Below are positions 52,468-62,136 of a stretch of 64,000 bases of DNA, one piece after another (within the stretch, counting starts at the first letter, position 1; the number at the start of each line of letters is the position of its first letter). Origin of the DNA: Pseudomonadales bacterium (GTDB lineage: Bacteria; Pseudomonadota; Gammaproteobacteria; Pseudomonadales; Azotimanducaceae); the NCBI GenBank assembly GCA_963921285.3, contig CAWUFD020000006.1, forward strand, positions 11,795 to 75,794, given 5' to 3'. Made by a program: the position numbers and the translations under genes. The notes under the pieces were generated by a model that saw only the letters and a list, made by a program, of their open reading frames with translations, was not told the DNA's origin and did no database searches.

Positions 52468-53309
52468 GGTGTGGCCCTTATGCCAAGCTGCTTTTCAATT
52501 TTCGAGACATTAAGAGAGCTGTACCGTGGACGTTTCGCGGGTGTGGGGTATTCATGTGTCTCGATAGGTTGAATGGTTACCTCCGAATTCAGTAACCCGG
52601 CTCGCGTTGCCTCTTCATAGATAGCGCTCGCAAAATCAAACCACGTGATGGTGCCTGCATCGGACCAGTGGTATGTGCCCGGGGGTGTTTCAGAACCAAC
52701 CATCATCCAGAGCATCCGCGCCAACGACTTCGCATAGGTTGGGGAGCCGAACTGGTCGTTAACAACACCCAACTCATCTCGCTCCGACATCAGGCGAATC
52801 ATGGTCTTCACGAAGTTTCCACCATGTTCGGAGTAAACCCACGAGGTTCTGATGATGATAGTGCTTTCTGGCGCTTGGTCTAAAGCGGCCCTCTCACCCT
52901 TGAGCTTGGAATTCCCGTAGACGCCTATCGGTCGCGGTTCGTCTGACGTGCCGTAGGGTTGATCGGCTTCGCCACTGAAGACGAAATCGGTTGAGATGTG
53001 GATGAGCGTGGCAGGTTTGAGATCTCTCCGCTTCGGTCGAGATGACGTCCAATGAGCCATAGCTTCTGGGGCGAGTGTGTTGATCTGGTGGGCGAGTTCC
53101 GGTTCGGATTCCGCTTTGTCTACGGCTGTGTAGGCTGCCGCGTTGATGACCACGTCCGGATTATGCCTATCCAGCATCGTTTCGATTTGATCTGGGTAAG
53201 AAAGATCACAGGCTGAGCGGTCAACAAACTCGGCCTCAATGTCTTTTGGCAGCGTCTTGCTGAGCGCATCTCCAACCTGCCCATTAGCCCCAAAAACTAA
53301 GACTTTCAC
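52422..53309 (-). CDS. rfbD: dTDP-4-dehydrorhamnose reductase-family (RmlD-type) sugar nucleotide reductase
   Basis: Starts MKVLVFGANGQVG and contains AAYTAVDKAESEPELA, STDFVFSG, YGNSKLKGE and RTSWVY. No rfbA, rfbB or rfbC is present in the window. Confidence 0.8.
   Translation of the reverse strand: MKVLVFGANGQVGDALSKTLPKDIEAEFVDRSACDLSYPDQIETMLDRHNPDVVINAAAYTAVDKAESEPELAHQINTLAPEAMAHWTSSRPKRRDLKPATLIHISTDFVFSGEADQPYGTSDEPRPIGVYGNSKLKGERAALDQAPESTIIIRTSWVYSEHGGNFVKTMIRLMSERDELGVVNDQFGSPTYAKSLARMLWMMVGSETPPGTYHWSDAGTITWFDFASAIYEEATRAGLLNSEVTIQPIETHEYPTPAKRPRYSSLNVSKIEKQLGIRATPWRDNLVEMISRLGS
53019..53047. repeat. REP-like element fragment (copy 2) embedded in frame in the rfbD coding sequence
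   Basis: GAGATCTCTCCGCTtCGGTCGAGATGACG equals copy 1 (46220-46266) minus its 19-nt inner hairpin. It encodes the extra loop residues TSSRPKRRDLK. Confidence 0.6.
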
Positions 53310-54274
53310 GTGTCAACCCTATAGTAATCCCGGTACCAGTCAACAAACTGACTTAACCCATCTCTAAGGGAGGTCTCGGGTGCGTAGCCAAAATCGCGTT
53401 TAAGAGGCGTGATATCTGCGAAGGTTTCATCAACATCCCCAGGCTGCTTGGGCAAGAGCACCCGCTTGGCCTTGCGCCCTGAAAGTTCTTCGAGTGTCGT
53501 CACGTAGTCTTCGAGGGCTACGGGCTCTCCCCTGCCGATGTTATAGAGCCCGTATTGGGAATCTTCGTATTTGTGATTGAGCACCCGTAGTACACCTTCA
53601 ACGATGTCATCTACAAAGGTGAAATCCCGACGGTGATCGCCATGGTTGAACAGCTGGATATCACTGCCTTCAAACAGCGCCTTGGTGAAAAGAAACGGAG
53701 ACATATCTGGCCTTCCCCACGGACCATAAACTGTGAAAAACCGCAGTCCCGTCACGTTCAAACCAGCCTGCTGGTGATATACGTAAGCCATCAGTTCACA
53801 AGCTCTTTTTGTAGCAGCGTACATTGACACAGGCTCATCAACCCGGCTGTCCGTTGAAAACGGAATTGGTGTGGTATCGCCGTAAACTGAGCTTGAAGAG
53901 GCATAAACTACGTGTTCAACGCCACCTGCTTTGCAAGCCTCAAAAACACGCAGCGACCCCATGATATTGCTGTCAACGTATTCATCCGGATGTGTTATTG
54001 AGTAACGTACGCCCGCCTGCGCTGCCAGGTGTACGACCTTTTCTACCCCCTGCTCCTCAACAATCCCAGCGACAACGCCATCATCTTCGATGTTCGCCTT
54101 GATACATCGGAAACTCGGGAAGTACTGCGTGATAAGATCAAGACGCGCCTGCTTGAGCGAGGGGTCGTAGTAATCGCTAAGGTTGTCTATGCCCACGACC
54201 TCCTGCCCGTTCTGCAAGAGGTGTTTTGTAACGTGGTAACCGATAAAGCCGGCCGCGCCGGTGACTAAAATCAC
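53306..54274 (-). CDS. NAD-dependent epimerase, UDP-glucuronate 4-epimerase type
   Basis: Starts MILVTGAAGFIGYHV and contains NLSDYYDPSLKQARL and YAATKRACE. Confidence 0.75.
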   Translation of the reverse strand: MILVTGAAGFIGYHVTKHLLQNGQEVVGIDNLSDYYDPSLKQARLDLITQYFPSFRCIKANIEDDGVVAGIVEEQGVEKVVHLAAQAGVRYSITHPDEYVDSNIMGSLRVFEACKAGGVEHVVYASSSSVYGDTTPIPFSTDSRVDEPVSMYAATKRACELMAYVYHQQAGLNVTGLRFFTVYGPWGRPDMSPFLFTKALFEGSDIQLFNHGDHRRDFTFVDDIVEGVLRVLNHKYEDSQYGLYNIGRGEPVALEDYVTTLEELSGRKAKRVLLPKQPGDVDETFADITPLKRDFGYAPETSLRDGLSQFVDWYRDYYRVDT

Positions 54275-55599
54275 ACTGATTCGAAAAGAGCTGAGCTTCT
54301 GCCAATCCCAAAATAGTGTAACCCATAATCAGCACATCGCTGCGGGTTGTAGAGATTACGTCCATCAAAGATGGTTTGTGACTTGAGCTGCCTGGATAAT
54401 CGCCTGAAATCCGGTTGCTTAAACTGGCGCCATTCAGTGACAACAATTAGTGCATCAGCTCCTTCTGTCGCTTCATAGGGATCAGCTGCAAAAACCGTCC
54501 CGGTCCCCTCCAGCGCCTCCTCTGCAGTAGCACCCGCTTGCGGATCGTAGGCAATGACCGCAGCACCTCGTTGACGCAGGTGACGGGCAATTTCGATCGA
54601 AGGTGCGCTGCGAATATCATCCGTTTCGGGTTTAAAAGCCAATCCCCAGAGCGCGAAGGTTTTGCCGGTGAGATCGGTGCCAAACCTGTCGACAATCTTG
54701 TCAACGATCACAAGTTGCTGCTTCTGGTTGCGCCGTTCGACTGCCTCGAAGATGGTATTTTCAAGACCGGCGTTAACCGCCATGTTAATCATCGCTCTAA
54801 CATCCTTGGGGAAGCAAGAACCGCCATAACCGCAGCCAGGGTAGATAAACGACGGGCCTATTCTTGGATCAGACCCGATGCCACGGCGCACATTCTCAAC
54901 ATCAACACCGAACTCATCACACATCAGTGCAATTTCATTCATGAAGGAAATCTTAGTCGCCAGCATTGCGTTAGCGGCATACTTGATCATCTCAGCATCA
55001 CGAATACCGACAAACTGGATTCGGTCTTCTTTTTTTGAGAATGCGCCGTAGAGTTCTTCCATGACGCGCATGCTTTTCGGATTGTCTGTGCCAACGACGA
55101 TCCGGTCTGGGTACATAAAGTCGCTGACGGCATTGCCCTCGCGAAGAAACTCAGGGTTGCTGACCACATCGAACTCAATGGCGACGCCTCTGCTATTGAG
55201 TTCCGCCGCAATCGCAGCACGAACCTTATCAGCGGTACCAATGGGCACAGTTGATTTATCAATGACAACAATTGGATGTTCGAGCTTCTGACCTATGCTG
55301 GTTGCAACAGCGAGTACGTGGGACAAATCCGCACTACCGTCTTCATTTGGCGGCGTTCCAACTGCGATGAACACCACTTCCGAACCATCAAGTGCCGACG
55401 CCAGGTCGGATGTAAAGGTCAATCGACCAGCTTCCATATTGTTGGTAACCACTGCATCAAGGCCTGGTTCATGGATCGGAATCTCTCCATTGCGCAAGGC
55501 CTCGAGCTTCGCTTCATCTATGTCAACACAGGTAACGGTGTTGCCCATTTCGGCAAAACACGCTCCGGTTACGAGGCCGACATACCCCGTTCCTACCAT
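54271..55599 (-). CDS. ugd: UDP-glucose 6-dehydrogenase
   Basis: Contains GTGYVGLVTGACFAEMGN, GGSCFPKDV and GLAFKPETDDIRSAP. The true start is probably CTG at 55611 (see the finding). Confidence 0.9.
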   Translation of the reverse strand: MVGTGYVGLVTGACFAEMGNTVTCVDIDEAKLEALRNGEIPIHEPGLDAVVTNNMEAGRLTFTSDLASALDGSEVVFIAVGTPPNEDGSADLSHVLAVATSIGQKLEHPIVVIDKSTVPIGTADKVRAAIAAELNSRGVAIEFDVVSNPEFLREGNAVSDFMYPDRIVVGTDNPKSMRVMEELYGAFSKKEDRIQFVGIRDAEMIKYAANAMLATKISFMNEIALMCDEFGVDVENVRRGIGSDPRIGPSFIYPGCGYGGSCFPKDVRAMINMAVNAGLENTIFEAVERRNQKQQLVIVDKIVDRFGTDLTGKTFALWGLAFKPETDDIRSAPSIEIARHLRQRGAAVIAYDPQAGATAEEALEGTGTVFAADPYEATEGADALIVVTEWRQFKQPDFRRLSRQLKSQTIFDGRNLYNPQRCADYGLHYFGIGRSSALFESV

Positions 55600-55607
55600 T
55601 GCAAGCT

Positions 55608-56429
55608 TCAGGATTGCATCTCCTTGTGAACAAAGTTGGTCGCTTCGACAAATCCTTCGATGCTCCCACAGTCGAACCGCCGGCCCTTGAACCTGTAACC
55701 TAGCACCATACGTTTTCTTGCTTGTTCATTAATCGCATCCGTAATCTGGATCTCACCTCCCGAACCGGGTTTGGTGGCACGAATGTAGTCAAAAATATCC
55801 GGTGTCAGTATATACCTGCCAATAATTGCAAGATTGGAGGGTGCTTCTTCCGGTGATGGTTTTTCCACCATGGATGAAATCTTATAAACACCATCCTGTA
55901 TTTCTTCGCCATCAATCACCCCATAGTTCTGGGTTTGATCCATCGGCACCTCTTCGATCGCCACGATAGAACACTGGTACTCGTCGTAGAGCTCAACCAT
56001 CTGACTGAGTACCCCTTCTCCGTTTGTGCAAAGGTCATCGGCGAGCAGCACTGCAAAAGGGTTATCACCGACCAAAGTCTCCCCAGTTAAGATCGCGTGT
56101 CCGAGACCTTTCATCTCTACCTGACGGGTGTAGGAAAACGTACATCGATCAATTACAGCTCGGATATCCGAAAGCAGCTCCTCTTTTGAGGTACCCGCGA
56201 TCTGATGCTCAAGTTCGTAAGAAATATCAAAATGATCCTCGATCGCCCTTTTGCCTCGACCAGAAATGAAACCGATATCCGTCAGCCCAGCTTCTATTGC
56301 CTCCTCGACTCCATATTGAATCAGCGGTTTGTTAACGATAGGGAGCATTTCCTTTGGCATCGCCTTGGTCGCCGGAAGAAATCTTGTGCCGTAACCGGCA
56401 GCGGGGAATAGGCACTTGGTTAACATCAC
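55608..56429 (-). CDS. galU: UTP--glucose-1-phosphate uridylyltransferase
   Basis: Contains KCLFPAAGYGTRFLPATKAMPKEMLPIVNKPLIQY and VEKP. Confidence 0.95.
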   Translation of the reverse strand: MMLTKCLFPAAGYGTRFLPATKAMPKEMLPIVNKPLIQYGVEEAIEAGLTDIGFISGRGKRAIEDHFDISYELEHQIAGTSKEELLSDIRAVIDRCTFSYTRQVEMKGLGHAILTGETLVGDNPFAVLLADDLCTNGEGVLSQMVELYDEYQCSIVAIEEVPMDQTQNYGVIDGEEIQDGVYKISSMVEKPSPEEAPSNLAIIGRYILTPDIFDYIRATKPGSGGEIQITDAINEQARKRMVLGYRFKGRRFDCGSIEGFVEATNFVHKEMQS

Positions 56430-56450
56430 TTTCCTTATAGTATAGGGCCG

Positions 56451-57881
56451 TCAGGAACTTCTTCCGTACACATCATCGAAGCGTTCTATATCATCTTCAC
56501 CCAAGTAGCTTCCTGACTGCACTTCGATAATCTCAAGCGGTTCCGCTTGCATGTTCTGAAGTCGATGTTTGCAGCCAATCGGTATATAGGTTGATTCATT
56601 AGCCTTCAGTTGAAACACATCCTCATCTTTTGTCACCGTCGCCACACCGTTAACAACCACCCAGTGCTCTGCGCGTTTTGCATGCCGTTGCAGCGAAAGG
56701 CTGGCACCCGGTGACACAGTGATGCGCTTGACCTGAAAGTTCTCACCAGCATCAATCCCTTCGTAGTAACCCCAGGGCCGGTAGACCTTGCGATGCGAAA
56801 TTCGCTCATCACGGTCACAGGATTTCAAATTATTCACGATGGATTTCACCTGCTGTGCTTCTTCCTGTGAGGCAATCAAGACAGCATCGGCAGTCTCAAC
56901 AACAACCACATCAGAAATACCAACAACAGAAACCAGTCTGTGTTCGGCACGCACGTAGCTGTTTTCAACGTTTTCGGCAATGACATCGCCAACCAGAGCG
57001 TTGCCGTTTTCATTTCGATCAGAAGCCTGCCATAGTGCATCCCATGAGCCGATATCACTCCAGCCAGCATTAAGGGGCACTACCGCCGCCATCTCCGTAT
57101 GCTCCATCACCGCATAGTCAATGGATTCACTCGGGCATTTCCTGAAAGCCGCCTCATCCACACGGGTAAAATCTATATCCTGTTTTCGGCCATTAAACGC
57201 GTCTCTGGCGGCACTTGCGATATCCGATCTGTACTTTTCCAGTTCCTCCAGGTAGCGGGCGGCCTTGAAAACGAACATTCCACTGTTCCAGTAGTAGTCT
57301 CCTTCAGCAAGGTATCGCTCGGCGGTATCAACGTCCGGCTTTTCAACAAACCGATCAACCAGTGCACAATCTGAAAGTAACCTTGGCGCGTCAAGCGCCT
57401 TACCCGCTCGAATGTAACCGTAGCCTGTTTCCGGGTGCAGCGGCGTGACACCGAACGTAACAAGATAGCTTTCCGACGCGAGCGCTATCGCATCGGACAG
57501 CGCGTTCTGAAATGCTACCTCCTCTGGAATGACATGATCCGAAGGTAAAACCACAACAACAGCGTCTTCGTCTACCTCCAAAGCCTGCAATACACCAATT
57601 GCCACGGCGGGTGCGGTATTCCTTGCAGCAGGTTCAAGCAACATCGCTTCAGGCTTTACTTCTAACTGACGAAGCTGTTCCGCAACCAGAAACCGATGTT
57701 CTTCGTTACTAACCAATACTGGTTCGCTGGCGTCTGCGTGAGCATGACAACGCAGAACTGTATTTTGCAGAAGTGACTTGTCATCAATCAATGACAAGAG
57801 CTGCTTGGGGTAATGCTCTCTTGATAGTGGCCACAGCCGCGTACCGGCACCGCCACATAAAATTAGGGGAATGACTCTCAA
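56451..57881 (-). CDS. manC: Mannose-1-phosphate guanylyltransferase / mannose-6-phosphate isomerase (bifunctional, cupin C-terminus)
   Basis: Contains IPLILCGGAGTRLWPLSREHYPKQ and a C-terminal cupin region RPWGYYE...HRLQN. 476 aa. Confidence 0.93.
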   Translation of the reverse strand: MRVIPLILCGGAGTRLWPLSREHYPKQLLSLIDDKSLLQNTVLRCHAHADASEPVLVSNEEHRFLVAEQLRQLEVKPEAMLLEPAARNTAPAVAIGVLQALEVDEDAVVVVLPSDHVIPEEVAFQNALSDAIALASESYLVTFGVTPLHPETGYGYIRAGKALDAPRLLSDCALVDRFVEKPDVDTAERYLAEGDYYWNSGMFVFKAARYLEELEKYRSDIASAARDAFNGRKQDIDFTRVDEAAFRKCPSESIDYAVMEHTEMAAVVPLNAGWSDIGSWDALWQASDRNENGNALVGDVIAENVENSYVRAEHRLVSVVGISDVVVVETADAVLIASQEEAQQVKSIVNNLKSCDRDERISHRKVYRPWGYYEGIDAGENFQVKRITVSPGASLSLQRHAKRAEHWVVVNGVATVTKDEDVFQLKANESTYIPIGCKHRLQNMQAEPLEIIEVQSGSYLGEDDIERFDDVYGRSS

Positions 57882-58016
57882 AATTTACAAATTTCCAATG
57901 AATACTAAACAGACTGGCTACGCCGGGAATGGCCGCTATTGTAAGATAAAGGCAGCCTATCGTCTGCCGGAATCCCTACCATTTACCAACGATTAACAAA
58001 CGGTATCTATTTCCTG

Positions 58017-59165
58017 ATGGCCGGCATGGTCATCCTGACGTTTGTGCTGTTTTTTCTGGCGGAAAATGGTCGGATTAACAGTTTTGCCACGTATTTTGTG
58101 GCGATTTTTCTGTTGATGCTTGTTGTTCTCGATCTGCGCCGAATCAAGACCCTTGACTGGCGATGGATGATTCTGCCGGTCTGTCTATTGGGTTATCTCG
58201 CTGCCAGTTCGTTGTGGTCAGATCCGACTGCCCCAGTGCTCAAGTACCTTGGTTACGCCGCCCTGCTGATTTGCTTTCTCGTCGCCTTTCAAGCCTGTGA
58301 TAAGCAATATCGCCTTTTTCTACCGACTATAACCAACATGATTATCGCTGCTGCGTTCGCATCAGCGTGTTGGTCAATCTACCTCCATGTAAGCCTGCCC
58401 GAATACCAGCCGCTACCTGAGCCTCGGCTGTATGGACTAGGCCGATTAAATAACCCGGTCATCAGCGCAACAGCATATGGGTTTGCTGCCATATTGGCGA
58501 TCCACAGTATCCTGTTTGATCAGGATCTGACACGGCGAGGGTTATTCGCCGTTTCTCTTGTTGTGTTCCTGGCAGCGATCGTGCTTTCCGGCACACGAAG
58601 TATTTGGCTCGGTTTACTGATCTCCACCGCACTTGGATTACGCTTTCTTTTTCACGGAAACCTTCGCCTGCAGTTCTTGTCCGTTGTTGTTCTAACTGTT
58701 GTGTTAACGGGACTTGTGTTTACGACCTACGGTACTGATGAACTGATGCGAAGAGCCTTGAGTTTTCGCCCGGAAATATGGGCAGAGTTCGTGACAAGGA
58801 CGTTAAACAATGGGTGGATAACAGGCTCGGGGATTGCCACCGCCACGACGTTCGTTCTGCCTGAGTTGACGATACAGCACCCACACAGCCTTTTTGTCTC
58901 TACGTTTTTCTATGGGGGCCTTGTCGGTTCTTTGTTATTTTGCCTGGTGCTTGGACAGGTAGCCTACGCTGTGCGTTTGAGCGAAACCTCTGTGGAGGGC
59001 TGGTTGTGCGGAATGCTTTTGAGCTACGGTGTGGTACTGGCTGTGTTCGATGGCAACCATTTGCTTACCAAGGTGGATCACATCTGGCTGACTATCTGGT
59101 TTCCATGTGCGTTGGCGATGGCGCTCATGAACAAAAAACGAGATATCAACGTTTCAAGGGAGTGA
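58017..59165 (+). CDS. O-antigen ligase/polymerase-family (Wzy_C domain) integral membrane protein
   Basis: About 10 hydrophobic segments, with SGTRSIWLGLLIS in the characteristic periplasmic-loop region. Confidence 0.65.
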   Translation: MAGMVILTFVLFFLAENGRINSFATYFVAIFLLMLVVLDLRRIKTLDWRWMILPVCLLGYLAASSLWSDPTAPVLKYLGYAALLICFLVAFQACDKQYRLFLPTITNMIIAAAFASACWSIYLHVSLPEYQPLPEPRLYGLGRLNNPVISATAYGFAAILAIHSILFDQDLTRRGLFAVSLVVFLAAIVLSGTRSIWLGLLISTALGLRFLFHGNLRLQFLSVVVLTVVLTGLVFTTYGTDELMRRALSFRPEIWAEFVTRTLNNGWITGSGIATATTFVLPELTIQHPHSLFVSTFFYGGLVGSLLFCLVLGQVAYAVRLSETSVEGWLCGMLLSYGVVLAVFDGNHLLTKVDHIWLTIWFPCALAMALMNKKRDINVSRE

Positions 59166-61083
59166 CGTTTCCCAGTCCATCACGACTCTGTAAGCGCGCG
59201 AGCGCCGGATCAACGGTCGAATCAGCAAGTTTGTAACCGGCTACGTGTGCCTCCAATAGTTGTTGGACCATTCTGTAGTCTGCTCTGGCTGACGCACCTA
59301 CCAACTCACTGCATACCGATTCAAGTTCAACCCAGTCAAGCCCGTCTTCGTTTGCTCGCATTATCTTGGGATGTCGGGTACCGGTGATTTGTTCACCGAT
59401 AACAAGTTCCTCTGTAAGTTTCTCACCTGGTCTCAGGCCGATATAGTCAATCTCAATCGATTCAGGCTCGGAAGGTGCCTCTTCCCCTACCTTGTGCCCG
59501 CTGAGGTGAATCATCTTCTCCGCCAGATCGCGGATCAGGACTGGCTGACCCATATCGAGAACAAATATCTCACCGCCTTCAGCCATTGCACCAGCTTGAA
59601 CAACCAGTTCTGCCGCCTCATCACAAGTCATGAAGTATCGACTTGCATCAGGATGCGTGACGGTAACTGGACCACCTGACGTGATCTGGCTCTCAAAGAG
59701 TGGAACCACGGAACCGGACGACCGCAGCACGTTGCCGAACCTGACCATACAGTAGGTTTTACGGGAAGCTGTTTCAGCCGACTTGGCAGCAAAGCCCTGT
59801 ATGATGAGCTCTGCCATTCGTTTGCTCGCACCCATCACATTAGTCGGTCTAACTGCTTTGTCACTCGAGATCATCACAAGTTCTTCTGCCTTGCTGTCTG
59901 CAACCGCACTCGCCACCTGCCATGTCCCAACGACGTTGTTTCGAACACCTTCTATTATGTTCTGCTCCACCAGCGGTACGTGCTTATAGGCCGCAGCGTG
60001 GTAAACGGTATTGATTTCAAAGGTTGAGAGCACATCGTCCAGGTGGCCTCGATTTAGGATGGAACCAAGCAAAAACACAATCTCCGTGCGCTCAGAACAT
60101 AGCTCCTGCAATTCTGCTTCAATGTTGTAGAGACCGTATTCCGAGTTATCGAATACGACCAGGCACCGTGGTTCCCTTTTCAGGATCTTCCGGCAGAGCT
60201 CAGAACCAATTGTTCCTGCAGCACCGGTTACAAGAATGTTTCGCCCCCCGATCGCGTCAGCGAGAAGGCCCTCGTCCGGGGGAACGACATCCCTTCCCAG
60301 AAGATCCGCCAGATCTATGCTCTTAACTTCTCCAACCGTGGCGGCGCCCGCAAGTATCTCTCGCATATGAGGTACGGTATGGATTTCAACTGGCAGCTCA
60401 GTCAAATTGTTCAACACTCTTGTCCGTTGACTGGTCGAGAGAGACGGCATAGCGAGCAGGATACGCTTCACACCTAACGCCGGGATCAGGGTCGCCAGTT
60501 TGTTCGTACCATATACCCGAATACCATGAATGGTTCTTTTTCTTAAACTCTTATCATCGTCGAGAAAAGCAACCGGCATGTACTCCGTGCCGCTAAGCAG
60601 CGTAACCGCAAGCTGGGCACCGGCGTCACCTGCTCCATATATCGCAACCGGTTCGCGAAGCAGGTAGTTATTGAACAGCCCGTAAAAATAAGCGCGAACA
60701 GCAACGCGGCCACCGCCAATCATCAGGATCGCAATAAACCAGAAAATTATTGGTGCCGACCTCGGAAAAGTAACAGCGCCTGTTAGATATGCGGTTAACG
60801 ATGCAGCCAACGCCGCAATGGTGACCCCTTTAAAAACCGGCAGCATTGAGCTTGGGCCAATGTAACGGACAATCGCCCGGTAGAGGTCAAAACAATAGAA
60901 AGAACAAAGACCGCAAACGGAAACAACTGGAAACACCCACCAGAATGCCATCATGTCGACGTCCACTTCTCCATAGCGAAGCGTGACAGCAATCCAAAGC
61001 GCTGCCGGAAGCGTGATCGCATCCATGGCCATCAACGTCAGTCTTTTTGCCCTGTCTGACATTTTCGGGTTATCCATCTTCAT
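59146..61083 (-). CDS. Membrane-anchored UDP-HexNAc 4,6-dehydratase (WbpM/PglF/CapD family)
   Basis: N-terminal TM segments, two Rossmann regions (NILVTGAAGTIGSEL) and MGASKRMAEL (the family's MxxxK variant). 645 aa. Confidence 0.9.
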   Translation of the reverse strand: MKMDNPKMSDRAKRLTLMAMDAITLPAALWIAVTLRYGEVDVDMMAFWWVFPVVSVCGLCSFYCFDLYRAIVRYIGPSSMLPVFKGVTIAALAASLTAYLTGAVTFPRSAPIIFWFIAILMIGGGRVAVRAYFYGLFNNYLLREPVAIYGAGDAGAQLAVTLLSGTEYMPVAFLDDDKSLRKRTIHGIRVYGTNKLATLIPALGVKRILLAMPSLSTSQRTRVLNNLTELPVEIHTVPHMREILAGAATVGEVKSIDLADLLGRDVVPPDEGLLADAIGGRNILVTGAAGTIGSELCRKILKREPRCLVVFDNSEYGLYNIEAELQELCSERTEIVFLLGSILNRGHLDDVLSTFEINTVYHAAAYKHVPLVEQNIIEGVRNNVVGTWQVASAVADSKAEELVMISSDKAVRPTNVMGASKRMAELIIQGFAAKSAETASRKTYCMVRFGNVLRSSGSVVPLFESQITSGGPVTVTHPDASRYFMTCDEAAELVVQAGAMAEGGEIFVLDMGQPVLIRDLAEKMIHLSGHKVGEEAPSEPESIEIDYIGLRPGEKLTEELVIGEQITGTRHPKIMRANEDGLDWVELESVCSELVGASARADYRMVQQLLEAHVAGYKLADSTVDPALARLQSRDGLGNVTPLKR

Positions 61084-62136
61084 CTATTGAGCCAGCTTCT
61101 TAATCCTCGGTTGCGCTTGCCCTGCGCCAACCAGAAACTGTAGCGCCAGTAACGGTGCCAGAGCACATCCTAGCAGAAGCCCCCCAATCTCCCTATTTTG
61201 ATCAGCGAAGTAGGCGATCGGCAGAAGCCAACACACGTTAACCGCCAACAGTACAAGCAAGGTGCGATGCACCCCTACTGCCCGGTTCAGGTGCTGGTAT
61301 GCGTGCGAGTTGTGTGCTTCGTGAATCTTTTCACCTCTAAAAAGACGCAGAACAATCGTCAAGCATGTATCGGAAACGAACCAGCCCAGCAAAATCATCC
61401 ATACCCATAGGTTGACCCCAAGCTCGTATAACGCCAGATAACCAAACAACAAACCAAGGAAGCCGCTACCGGCATCACCCATAAAAACTCGCGCCTGAGG
61501 CCAATTGATAACGAGGAAACCCGCGCAACAGCCCAGCATCACCACCATCCGCCAGGGAACCGGATCGCCTTTCACAACTATCAGGGCAATTACGGAAGAA
61601 AAGACAAAGACCGCCTCACCGATGGCGATTGCATCAATCCCGTCCATAAAGTTGTACAGGTTGAGTAACCAGACGAGCGCAATAGTGCCAAAGGCCAGAG
61701 CGGTATACCCTCTACCAAAATCGATGCCGAGAAAACTCAGCGCAGGGAATCCGGTGATGCCAATGACCCAGGCGGCTGCAGCAAAATGGACTGGCGCACG
61801 GTATGCCCAGGAAAGATCCCTGAAGTCGTCCCATAGCCCAAGTATCGCAACGAGGATTAGCGGGTAGAGAAACGCCACCTCAAAGGTCGTTTCCAGGCGA
61901 GTCGAAAGAAAAAGAATAACCAGACTGATGGTAAGTACAAAGCACACACCCGCACCTGTAGGCGTGGCTTTTTCATGAGCAGAACGATGGTTGGGTTGAT
62001 CAACTATTCGGACCGCAACAGCGACCAACCTGTACACGTGGCAAAGGGAATAGGTTATCACTGCACATCCTGCACCGAGGAGAATCAGGCGCATATCCAT
62101 CAATCTAAAACCTGAATGGCCCTTCCTTATAAGCAA
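61084..62136 (-). CDS. Polyprenyl-phosphate HexNAc-1-phosphate transferase (MraY/WecA superfamily, WbpL-like)
   Basis: Contains DQPNHRSAHEKATPTGAG, WDD, NFMDGIDA, FMGDAGSGFLG and HNSHAYQHL. Confidence 0.85.
   Translation of the reverse strand: MLIRKGHSGFRLMDMRLILLGAGCAVITYSLCHVYRLVAVAVRIVDQPNHRSAHEKATPTGAGVCFVLTISLVILFLSTRLETTFEVAFLYPLILVAILGLWDDFRDLSWAYRAPVHFAAAAWVIGITGFPALSFLGIDFGRGYTALAFGTIALVWLLNLYNFMDGIDAIAIGEAVFVFSSVIALIVVKGDPVPWRMVVMLGCCAGFLVINWPQARVFMGDAGSGFLGLLFGYLALYELGVNLWVWMILLGWFVSDTCLTIVLRLFRGEKIHEAHNSHAYQHLNRAVGVHRTLLVLLAVNVCWLLPIAYFADQNREIGGLLLGCALAPLLALQFLVGAGQAQPRIKKLAQ

Noticed and set aside
57080-57087. Further GGCGGTAG 8-mers: the reverse complement at 57080-57087 inside manC, and a + strand copy at 46485-46492 inside DUF2061
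   Set aside because: One is deep inside a coding region and the other is on the non-transcribed strand. Both are consistent with chance.
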